DNA of 42,750 bases from Nemertoderma westbladi (Eukaryota; Animalia; Xenacoelomorpha), in the NCBI GenBank assembly GCA_032718475.1, contig JAUCBJ010003577.1:1-42750 (forward strand), given 5' to 3'. The stretch's first letter is position 1. Every line of letters starts with the position of its first letter. Both the position numbers and the translations under genes were made by a program. A model generated the notes under the pieces. That model was not told where the DNA came from and searched no databases. It was given only the letters and a program-made list of their open reading frames with translations. Shown here piece by piece: positions 32,562 through 42,750 of the stretch.

Positions 32562-33779
32562 GGGTGCCTGGAACAGGCGGCGGCGGACTCGTGAGGGTCT
32601 GGGGGCACACTAAATTGACGCTATAGTGCAAGGGAGTTACTGAAGGCCCTCGTGTCTTGCGAACCATGAATCAACATGGTGCCGTGGTACCGTCTAGTCG
32701 GCCTGTTGCCGTACTGCCAGTCCTGTACACAGTAGGGGTGGTGGCTTAGTGTGATCTGTGGTTTATGTGGTCTATGTGGTAGGTCTATGTTTGGTATGTA
32801 TGAGTTGACCAGACTCTTTACTGTCTCCAATCGGTTGCCAAAACGTGTCTTTTCCGAGGGTAGCACTATTGGAATGGAGGTGTTGCATCGGAATGGACAG
32901 GTTCCTGATGATTCTGTTGGTACTACTATTGGAATGGAGGTGGCACCCGGAATATCGGCTGCAAGGAGGGGTTGGTGTTGTAGTGTGGTCCGAGTGAATG
33001 ATACTCTGGAATCTGTGGTTTGTGTGTGTACGTGGTATACGTGAGTGTATGTATGGCCACTGCGAGTGAGTATGGGAACCCTTGCCGGTTGGTCCAGACA
33101 CCGCTGGTATTAGTAGGACCATATCTTTACTGCGCCCCAGCATACTTAGTGCACACAAAGTTATTTTGCCCTGACGGCAAAATAAGGTACTCTCTACTCT
33201 TTTAACAGTCGATACAATTTTGTCCCCTCTGATTTTGTCCCCGATTTTGTCTTTCCCGATTATGTCCTCTGTGTGTGCATGGTATGTGTCAGATTTTGTG
33301 TTTACCGTAGTGTACTTGATATTGTGAACATCTGTTGAGTACACGTGTACAGTGACTGGTAAGTGGTTACTTGTTCCTAGCTTTCGAGCTAGTCAGTATT
33401 GTTTGTGGAACTGACTTCCCCTCAATACTGCCGGCGAGGCGGGTGAAAACGGTCAATATTCCATGTTGGGTAGCACAAGCCCACTTGGGACAAGACCGTC
33501 GGTTTGGCTCAAGGGCGACCTTGATGCTCGATCGCTATCGACTGGTCCACCCGCCGGTTGACTCTCTGAGTTGGCTCAATGTACAGTCAGGCCACAGCAA
33601 GTTGACAGTAGCCGACCATCTGGCTACACCGACGAGTTGTGCCGTTGTGATCGGGGGATTGAAAAGTGAACCCGGGAAGCATCGGGCTACCCTCCGGCCC
33701 GGTCTGATAAAAACATCAGTCGGACTGGCCCCAAGGGTGGTGGGACAGCGTCCGCCTCATGGGTGCGCCTCGGAGTCAT

Positions 33780-36700
33780 CGGAGAGGAGCCCAGAAGGAC
33801 GCAAGCGGAGTGAATGGGAAGATGATACTAGTGAGGGAGACGATTTAACTGAGGGAACTCCATACTCCTCAGATAACGACGACATTCACCAGCTTTTTGA
33901 TGAGGAGAATACCATCGATCTCCTTAAGGAAAACGAGGCTTGGCAAAACCAAGTGAACTTATGTCAACTTCTTTATCCATCTGAACGAGAAGCTTATAAC
34001 GACGAGTTAAATGACGTCATCGAGCGTTGTAATGCCAAGACTCGAGATGAACATGCCGTAAGATTCTTTACGCAAGAGGCGGTAGAGCCCAATTCCTACG
34101 ATAAAGCCTTGTCGGTGGAAGAGGAAAGGGCCAAGCAGATCCAAGAGACAACTACACGTTTCCTCAAAGATCAAGGTAGGTATGAAGTCGGTCTACCTTT
34201 CCGCAAGAGAGAACCGAAGTTCATCAATAACAGACCCTTGGCGGAAAAGAGAATCGCGCAACTCCATCGACGCCTTACGGCTAATTCTTCAGCTAAAGCA
34301 ATGTATCAAACACAGCTGGCGAAATTTATTAGTAAGGGATACGCGGAGAGAGTACCGGAAGAAACACCTGTGACTGAAAGAACGTATTACTTAACTCACC
34401 ATTACGTTCCTAAACCCGGTAAGCCACATGAAGTGAGAGTAGTGTTTGATGGCTCCGCTCTTTACATGGGTCAATCCCTTAACTCTGAATTGTTACCCGG
34501 ACCCAACTTGCTTCAATCTTTGTTGGGAATTCTTTTAAGATTGAGACAATATTCGATTGCTTTCGCCTCCGATATAGAAGGCATGTTCTTACAAGTCAAG
34601 GTGTTAGATCGGGATCGAGATAGTCTACGATTTCTGTGGTGGCCCGAAGGAGACCTCAACCAGAAACCGGTGGAGTACTGGATGACCATCCAGGCCTTTG
34701 GGATAATCTCAAGCCCTTCCAACGCCTGTTCGGTAGTGCGTACCACTGCAGAGGACAACCGAGAGGCCTTCTCTAAGGAAGTGATCGACAACATCAAGCG
34801 AGACATATACATGGACGACAATCTGAAGTCCCTTTGAGGTCGCTAAAGGAACGGTAGAGTGCTTAAAAAGAGGTGGGTTTCGATTAACGAAATTCACCAG
34901 CAACTCCCATGAGTTTCTGGAGTCGATCCCTGCGGAAGATAGAGGGGCGAAAGATCTAGATTTGATCAAAGATGATCTGCCAGAAACCAAGACACTCGGC
35001 TTGAAATGGGACACAGAGCGAGATATCCTGTTTTTCCAGCTAAAACAGCGAGATAATCCAGTTCGAACCAAACGGATTTGCTTAAGTATACTGAGCACTT
35101 ATTTCGATCCATTGGGATTTATTAGCCCAGTTATCTTGATTGCTCGTAGTTTGGTACAACAAATGTGGCTTGAAAACCACTCATGGGACGATCCACTTAA
35201 GGGAGAATTTTTGAAGAAGTGGATGAAATGGGAAGATTCTCTGCCGGCTATCGAGGATTTTATAATTTCCCGTTCATATTTTGGTCATGTTCTCCCTACG
35301 TATTCCTATCAACTCCATGTGTTTGGAGACGCCAGCGATATGGGAATAGGTATAGTAGCCTATCTAAGAGTGGAAACTCCAGATGGAATCAAAGTCGCCT
35401 TGGTTACTTCTAAGGCATTAATCAACAACAAGTTGAAAGTTCCTCGAGCGGAGTTAAAGGCGGCTCTATACGCTACAGCCATCGGCCGGAATGTAACAGA
35501 ACAGATTGACTATCCATTAGAGAAAACTGTCTATTGGACCGACGCTTTACTCGTGTTAGAGTATATAACCAATGAAGTCTGTCAGTTCAGCGTCTTCGTT
35601 ACCAACAGAGTAGCCATCATACTTAGTCGCACGACGATGGACCAATGGAGAAATTCCCCCGGAACGATTAATCCAGCAGACATCGCCTCCCGAGGAGCGA
35701 CTCCAAAGGAATTGGTAAATACTCCCGAATGGTTAGGTGGACCCGACTTTCTCTACAAAGAAGAAGAAGAATGGCCTCCCCATCTCACAACAGCAGAGAT
35801 CAGACAGGCCAAGGGAGCGGAGAAAGTTAAACCCAAAACTCGAGCGAGTAAATCGAAGTTGTTTAAACCTGCGGTTGATCTATCTGTATTATTTACTTCC
35901 GGAGAGGATGCTTTGGATCAGAAACCCACCGCCACGGATAAAGAAGTCTTGGAAATCCGTGACAAGGATTGGAAATCTGGAATACCAGACATCTCACAAG
36001 GACTCTCACCTCTCTTGCAGAGAGCGATACGTCACTACAGTTCCTGGAATCGGCTCTGTAAAGCTGTCACCTATTTGAAACAATGTTTTCATCATCGTTA
36101 CTCAGGAACAAAGACCAATAGTGATGATGCTCCATCAACATCTGCACGAGTCCATGTTGTTAAAGATCTTCCTAAATACAAGATATCCGACAGGTTTCTA
36201 AAGGAGAAGATCAGTTACCAGGAGCATGATGAAACCAACAAACAGATGCTGAGACTTCTACAATGCTATGAGGATTCCGATAAGTATTTCCTGTTGTTAA
36301 GAAATCCGCAGATGCGCTTAAGGGATCGCTTCTCTAGTACCATGATAGATGGGTTAATACGTGTTGGAGGCAGGCTTACCAACGCCCCATTATCCTTTGA
36401 CACTAAGTTTCCCATACTCATTAGAAATCTTGACATACAAATCAAGATGATTGTAGATGTTCATAGCAAACTGTACCATGCTGGTAGAGAACGAGTTCTG
36501 AGCGAAATTCGAACTAGCTACTATTTTTATAAACCCCGTAGGGCTCTGAACCAAGTTCTTAGGAACTGCATACCCTGTAGGAAAGCATTCAGTAGGCCTT
36601 TAACACAGCGAGAGGCAGAATTACCTAGGGAAAGAGTAAGCTTCTATGAACCACCCTTTACTAATACCGGTGTGGATTTATTTGGCCCTATTGAAGTATA

Positions 36701-37392
36701 TCGTGCCCGGACTATAGTCAAGAGATGGTGTGTCATCTTCGTTTGTATGACTTGTAGAGCTATCCATCTCGATATGGTAAACGATCTATCCACCAACAGC
36801 TTCGTGTTGAGTTTACGACAACAGATCGCTCGCTTCGGAACCAGTAACACGATGAGATCGGATAAGGGAACGAACTTCATTGGCGCCAACAACGAAATTC
36901 AAGCTTACGTAAAGGACTGGAACAAAAGACAGGTGGACGATCAGCTAAAGATAACAGCGTCTAGCTGGACCTTCAACGCCGCCGACGCCCCTTGGTGGGG
37001 AGGAAGTTGGGAGAGATTGATTAGGAGCGTGAAGACTGCGTTCCACTTTATTGTGCCTTGTCGCGCTTATCTCACCGACGAACTATTGCGGACGTTAATG
37101 GAGGAAATCGCCGCCTATCTCAACGAAAGACCGCTTATGCCAGTCTCTTCAAATCCTGATTCCCTGGAAGCGCTAACACCCGCGCACTTTCTACTGAAGA
37201 AACCCGTAGCCATGCTCCCACGATCTGTGATCACAGACGGAGATGAGTACTGCCGTCGAACCTGGCAACTTATGCAGTTGCTATCCCGTCGTTTCGCTGA
37301 CCATTTCGAGAAACATTACCTGCCCACTCTACAACTTCGAACTAAGTGGTTTGCGCAGCAAGAAAACGTCAGCGCTGGAGACATGGTGCTTA
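33780..37392 (+). pseudogene. pol: BEL/Pao pol (RT, RNase H, integrase), frameshifted just after YMDD
   Basis: RVVFDGS, SLN..LLPGP, DIEGMFLQV and YMDD (RT); FGDAS (RH); H..LYHAG..CIPC, GVDLFGP, SDKGTNF and GSWERL (IN). Confidence 0.92.
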
Positions 37393-37712
37393 TTTTATTT
37401 ATTATTAGTTTAATTCGGACAAGCCGACAATAAAATGTAGAATGCACATTATAATTAAAACTTGCTGGACAGACGTGTAACCATAATATATAAAAAATCA
37501 ACACAACGTCGATACAATATAAAAATTATTTGATAAATGCAAAGTAATTGGATATTAACATCGTAATTGATGAATTATTTCACTATAAGGTAGCATTTGT
37601 AGTTTAACTTTAACGTAAAAACTTTTGAAAATCCGACGTATTTTGATTAAGTTACAGTAATGTAATATGCCTATTGCCTATTCATATTTGTACACATAAA
37701 ACCCTTAGGTAC

Positions 37713-37786
37713 TCTCGTGGCGTAGTGGTCAGATGGTTAAGGCGTTGGTTACATTACGTAGGTTACGAGTTCGAATCCCAGTCGGG
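37713..37786 (+). other. tRNA-derived (SINE-head-like) sequence with Pol III A and B boxes
   Basis: A box TGGCGTAGTGG (37718-37728) and B box GAGTTCGAATCC (37767-37778). It does not fold into a clean cloverleaf. Confidence 0.6.
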
Positions 37787-37799
37787 AAATTTGTATTTT

Positions 37800-40700
37800 G
37801 GGGCCATTTATTTTCGTGTGGTGCTAATTGGTAGGCCAATGAGAAGCGTACAGCGTAGCGAATAATGAGCCAGGCCAATCATAGGGCATAAATTATCTTA
37901 TTGCTCAAATGTGAGGCAGTGGAAAATTCTGTTAGGATTCCATGTCCCAGATTTAGTGTAAGGGCCGGACTGCGTTGAACGATGAGCTGGACCAATCATA
38001 GAGCACGAAGCACTTCATTGCTCAATGGTGAAGCTGTGGAAAATTCTGTTTAGTTTCCATGTGCAATTTCTAGTATAAAAAGGCCGGTTTGCCTTCGGTT
38101 ATCACACTTATAACACCTTCACTTCCTTTTTTATTCGGTTTCTTGTTGAAACTTCGTTTGATAATTCTTTGTAAAACTGTAAATATACTGCAATTTCCTG
38201 ACATGTTTTCTTTTGGTCCGACTTCGGGACAGCCGAACACCAGGGAGATGGCAGCCTAGATCGTTAGGCCGTAAGCAACGCAGGGAAGGGATGTCCACAA
38301 CACGCTAGCGCCCACATTTGGATTGACCGCGCACCCCCTTTGCCCCTTCGAAATGCTCAACTTGCCATGCAGCACCCGCTTTGTGAGAAAGGTAAGACTT
38401 TGTTCGACGCCCTTGCCCGCCGTAAGACCTATAGATCAGGGTAAGCGTGACACCGTACTGGACGCCGCAAATTTAGGATCAAATAATTATATCCAGACAA
38501 ACCCCCCCCTTGTCAAGTCCTACGAATCCCTGGGTTAACCTGTACTTCCTACAGGTGCGAACTATTGCCATTCGTCAGTACGCGAGTACATATTAGGTAC
38601 GGACAGCATATGTTCCATAATTTAGTGATTCATAGCACTGACTGTTTGGTACCGGTTCGCTTTGTAGAACGTACATTAGTACCCCCCCCCCCCCTGTCTG
38701 GAGTTAGCTATTTGATCAGGCAAGGAGCATTTCTGCTACCGGCACACTGCTTGGCCTAGGGAGGTTTATTAATATCCTACCGCGCCTTGCCACGTACTGA
38801 TAGGTATTGCTGCTAACTACCGCAGCAACAAAGTTCTAGAATTAAATTAGTATACCAGATCAGCTAACGTACGGTAGCGATTAACCCCTATTCTTATCTT
38901 ACAACCAGAATCTGGTATTAGTGCCGATCACGGGTGTAGTTACTAACACTGTGGTTGCCCATTGGGTTGTGGATAGGAAGGAGAGAGCTTTGACGTCATT
39001 CGTGAGTATAAAGTTCTACAAACGCGACTAGTTTATTTTAGTAGCTAGCGCACGGTATCATTTAGTCAGAAAATCATTAAAACCTAGTAAAGGAATTACA
39101 CGAAATTGTTTTATTTGTAACACACCCACACACACACGCCCTAAAACATATCGCCCTTAAAGTTCTACTAGCTATAGCGTACTATACATTACTTTAGGTG
39201 GAAATTATCTGTATTTGTAAAATTAGGATCTGATTTAGTTGCGGCAAGATAAGGAGTATTTCACTTTCGTTATTAAACTGTTGTTTGTCTGGACAACGGT
39301 ATTGTTACATTTAGGCCTGACCCTTTAGACTGATTTCGTACAGGGGGATCAGTTATTGTTACATTTAGGCACGACCTTTAGGCTGATTTCGACAGGGATG
39401 ATCAGCATTGTTACACTAGGTCTGTTAACCACCTAGTTCGTATATAAACCATATAAATCACACCGCGGCAAGTTACTGTATTTAGGACTGTCAGTGATAG
39501 TTAGGATTCGCTGCGCGGGGATTGTTTTCCCGTGAGTTTGGTCTGTTACTGTAACTGTACATCTGCCTCACCGGTTAGAGGACAGGTATCCTTCTGTCTA
39601 GTACGTAGGCATTAGACCCGCTCACGTACATAGGATAGATACAAGGCTCTGTTCCTCGCCAGTAGTCGTTTGTGTACTGTATCTGTTTGTTTAGATATCC
39701 TGGACTGGGATTTGTTGTCAGATACTGTACAAGCCCGTATACATTACTAGAGTCTCATAGTAAGATACATCGTTACTAGGATCTGGTAAGCGGTATACTA
39801 CTGGACCCTTACAGTAGGAAGTATTTTATATAAATTAGTATATAGTATTTCCGCCGTAGCGTATAGTATAGTTTAGAATTGTTAGCTATTGAAAGTAGGA
39901 GATATTTAAAATTTAAGGTTAGTAAATTTAGTAATTTAGAACGTCCCCTGCTTCAGTAGGCTTTTAGGGTAGCTAGTACTTTCGTATTTAATCTTTGACT
40001 AGCTAACAGTTAGTTTGTAGCACTTTGTTTTACGCCGTGTGTGTGCGGTGTTACTTTTCGGTACTTGAAAAGGTACATAGGGTTTAAAGACCAATTTGTA
40101 TCGGTACCTAGGAAGATTTTTCGTAAGCGTAGAAGTAAAACTCTCACCTTCGACCTTTTCAGGACTCAAGGACTCATTTCTGGACCGCTTCGAGGATTAG
40201 ACCGCTTTTCGCAAAGTTTGGGAGACAATAAATTCGTCCGCGCCGCCGAAAAACGGAAAGACCCACGTCCGGTTTGTATTTGGGAATTTGTACGACTGGA
40301 AGATCAAAGGAACGTAAGTTTTACGACTCGCGTCGTTCAAACTTAAGAAAGCACAGTAGTACTCAAAATTTGTGGGTTTCACTGTCTATTAGTAGTGTTG
40401 TTGGTACTTATTTTCCCGTTAGACGTTGCTGTTTGGCCTATTGTTTATACTTGTTGATCTACATTTTGTTAACGTATACCGTTATCTCACTTATTCGTAC
40501 AAATTTAGCCGGTAGGCTAGATTACTACTTATTTTATTATATACCTTGTTAGTTTATTTGTACCGGTTAGGGTATATATATGATATATATATATATCAAG
40601 GTAAGTTTGACATTTGTACATTTCGACATTTTGACATTTCGACATTCTGACTTGTTGATTTATTTGTACCGGTTAGGTAAGTTTGACACTTCAACATTCA

Positions 40701-42750
40701 GACACTTTGACATTTTATTACCCGTACTTGACGTATATAATAAGACATGAGTGACACACCCCATTCGACGAGATACCCACCTACCGACTATGACTCGTGC
40801 GACCCGGACAGATCGACAGTAGACGAACCGAGAAGGAGAACCCGAGATTCCACCGATGTCACACCGCTTGCGTCGCCGGTACCCCGAACGGAAATACCGG
40901 AAGCCGCAACGCGTGGCGACGGCAGAATCGAAGATTTCCTTACCGTCCCGCAGACTAGATCGCGGGAACCGGACATGGTAAGTTCGACTGGAAGCCAGGA
41001 GAACGTTATTAGAAGTATAGGAGGACACATGGCCCAGATTACTCGGAACCTCGGAGAAGGTTTTCGCGTTTTACGCGAGTTAACCGCCCCGATGTCGAGA
41101 TACGAGTTCTACACCTTACAGGTAAGGATAGAAAGTAGGGTACATGCCTCCGTAGATAAACTTAAAGGTTTGCACGAACTTGCAGAGTTGCGTGGCGACA
41201 ACTTTACTCAGGTAAAGATAGTAGATAAATTGGTAAGTGCGAGAGAAAGCCTTATCCAGTTTAAGTCGGTAATAAGATTGGCTCAACAGGAGCAGTTCGA
41301 CCAACTGCTAGGTGAGTCAGTTTCGGACGCGTTGTTACAACCCGAAGAGGAAGAAGAACTCTACTGCCTGGACGGAAGGTTGGAAACGCTGACCAATTTT
41401 CTTCGTAGATGCGGCGTACCGATCGACGAACCGGAAGTCGAACCGCGAGGGACGACGGAAGTTCTCACTACGGAAGGCTCGCGAGCCTACCAACATCCAC
41501 CACTGGATAGATCCTTCGTTAGCGTACAGAGCGACGTTGGCAACGTTGGCGACGTTAGTAGAACAGCGTCTGGAATTACTCGACAACAACAGGAGGTTGC
41601 ACGCCGACAACAAGTCGCCGAGGAAGAAGCGCAACTACAGATGGCACAGATCGCCATCGAAGGAGAAAAACAGCGCAGAGAGGATGTAGCGAAACTTGCG
41701 AAACTTCAAGCGCAGGCTGAGTTCGAAGCATCAGAGATGCGGAGACTGGAGGAGGACTTAGCGCGAGAAGCGGCCGCGGCGGCAGCAGCCGACGAGTTAG
41801 CACGACAGGCGGGAGCTGACGAGTTAGCACGGAAGAAAGCAGCATCCGACGCTCGTGCCAAGTTGGAGGCGCGGCAAATAAACGCTCGATTAGCTATACA
41901 GGAAGCGGAATTAGCGGCACAACAACAGGACGCAGATCGACGCGAAAGGGAGATGCAACTACAGTTCGAATTGAATCGTAGATCGCGCGAGACAGCGAAC
42001 GCGCAAGCGGACCTCGAACTCGACGCGAGAGATAGATCTATAAGATCGCGAACTGGACACGACTTGTCTGCCCTGGATCGTATGGAAGCTCGATATCGCG
42101 GAATACAGAAGCGGATCGAGGAAGGAAGCGTGGGAGCGATAGATCGAGGAGAGGAGTTCGTCGAGGATTACTGTAAACGTTTTCCCCAAGTTATTCCTAT
42201 GCTCAAACCCACGACTCCAATAAAACCGGTCTTTGTTACGAAACCTAAGGAAATAACGCCTGTGCGTTCGACGCAAGGCAACAGGTTTGTTGTGACGGAA
42301 ATACCGCAACCTAGGGCGACTTCATCGCCAATTTTAGCAGGTAAGATAAGTAGTCCACCTACTGTAAGCCGTAGTTTACTTGTAGAGAGAGACGAACCTG
42401 CGTTTATGACAGTAAAACAGGTGAGTAAACCATTACAAGTTAAACCTGTGACGTGCTGCGCGAACCCAGTCATTTATAAACCTACAGTAGAGCTTAACTC
42501 CGATGTTTTTACTAGACCTCTCACCCAATGTTTAACGAGACCTACGACTTCGTGGAAGGCTTGCGAGCCTGCCGAACAACGGAGAGCCGTAGATCCCAGA
42601 CCACAACGAACTCGACCAAGAATAATACGCCGGACGCGAACCCGCCAACCACCTTATCCGGACGACAGCGATTCATCCAGTGACTCGGAGTCGACGGAAC
42701 GGGAAATATTCCGTACTGGAGCGGCGGAAGATTACAAACGGGAGGAACGA
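37800..42750 (+). mobile_element. 5' part of a second LTR retrotransposon (probably BEL/Pao); left boundary uncertain
   Basis: Three CCAAT boxes (~37835, ~37875, ~37992), TATAAAA at ~38074, then ...ACA and a PBS-like TGGTCCGACTTCGG at 38214. A ~2.5-kb leader precedes a long gag-like ORF. Confidence 0.6.
40747..42750 (+). CDS. Gag-like ORF, 668 open codons running off the window (absent from the ORF track)
   Basis: Manual translation from ATG 40747 (MSDTPHSTRYPP...) finds no stop to 42750. It has an Ala/Glu/Arg coiled coil followed by a Pro-rich region, the same layout as the first Gag (shared MSDT start and SSPPTV). Confidence 0.8.
   Translation, partial: MSDTPHSTRYPPTDYDSCDPDRSTVDEPRRRTRDSTDVTPLASPVPRTEIPEAATRGDGRIEDFLTVPQTRSREPDMVSSTGSQENVIRSIGGHMAQITRNLGEGFRVLRELTAPMSRYEFYTLQVRIESRVHASVDKLKGLHELAELRGDNFTQVKIVDKLVSARESLIQFKSVIRLAQQEQFDQLLGESVSDALLQPEEEEELYCLDGRLETLTNFLRRCGVPIDEPEVEPRGTTEVLTTEGSRAYQHPPLDRSFVSVQSDVGNVGDVSRTASGITRQQQEVARRQQVAEEEAQLQMAQIAIEGEKQRREDVAKLAKLQAQAEFEASEMRRLEEDLAREAAAAAAADELARQAGADELARKKAASDARAKLEARQINARLAIQEAELAAQQQDADRREREMQLQFELNRRSRETANAQADLELDARDRSIRSRTGHDLSALDRMEARYRGIQKRIEEGSVGAIDRGEEFVEDYCKRFPQVIPMLKPTTPIKPVFVTKPKEITPVRSTQGNRFVVTEIPQPRATSSPILAGKISSPPTVSRSLLVERDEPAFMTVKQVSKPLQVKPVTCCANPVIYKPTVELNSDVFTRPLTQCLTRPTTSWKACEPAEQRRAVDPRPQRTRPRIIRRTRTRQPPYPDDSDSSSDSESTEREIFRTGAAEDYKREER

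Larger units (their letters stand above)
24767..37392 (+). mobile_element. BEL/Pao LTR retrotransposon, decayed and 3'-interrupted (no 3' LTR in window)
   Basis: Starts with TGT at the point where homology to copy 1 stops. Domain order gag-PR-RT-RH-IN. Coding sequence breaks abruptly after GDMVLI. The LTR end and PBS could not be pinned down. Confidence 0.85.

Noticed and set aside
37713-37786. Functional tRNA gene
   Set aside because: A and B boxes are present, but the D-arm region looks duplicated and the acceptor and anticodon stems are poor.

Overview
AT-rich animal (probably invertebrate bilaterian) genomic DNA, mostly nested transposable elements. These include an RTE-clade LINE split by a second, ORF-intact LINE, a decayed Tc1/mariner element, several MITE-like elements, and two LTR retrotransposons (one clearly BEL/Pao, the second probably so). 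Between the TEs is a small minus-strand cluster of spliced host genes that the ORF track only shows in fragments. (i) A complete two-exon gene (24445->22612) encodes a 134-aa protein: a protamine-like Lys/Arg/Ser/Gly-rich N-terminal tail fused to a divergent, basic-shifted Barrier-to-Autointegration Factor (BAF) domain. (ii) A second copy of that gene has exon 1 at 6590->6522; its BAF exon should lie just left of the window. (iii) A two-exon gene (11043->10653) encodes a 91-aa protamine-like protein with an acidic leader. The two gene types share exon-1 sequence, a phase-0 intron with the same donor, the start of exon 2 (TGA-TGA in the short gene aligns with Gly-Gly in the BAF fusion) and promoter motifs. 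The best candidate for an undescribed system is therefore a family of putative sperm chromatin proteins linking a protamine-like gene to BAF. Gene structures are read from the sequence; sperm function is inference.
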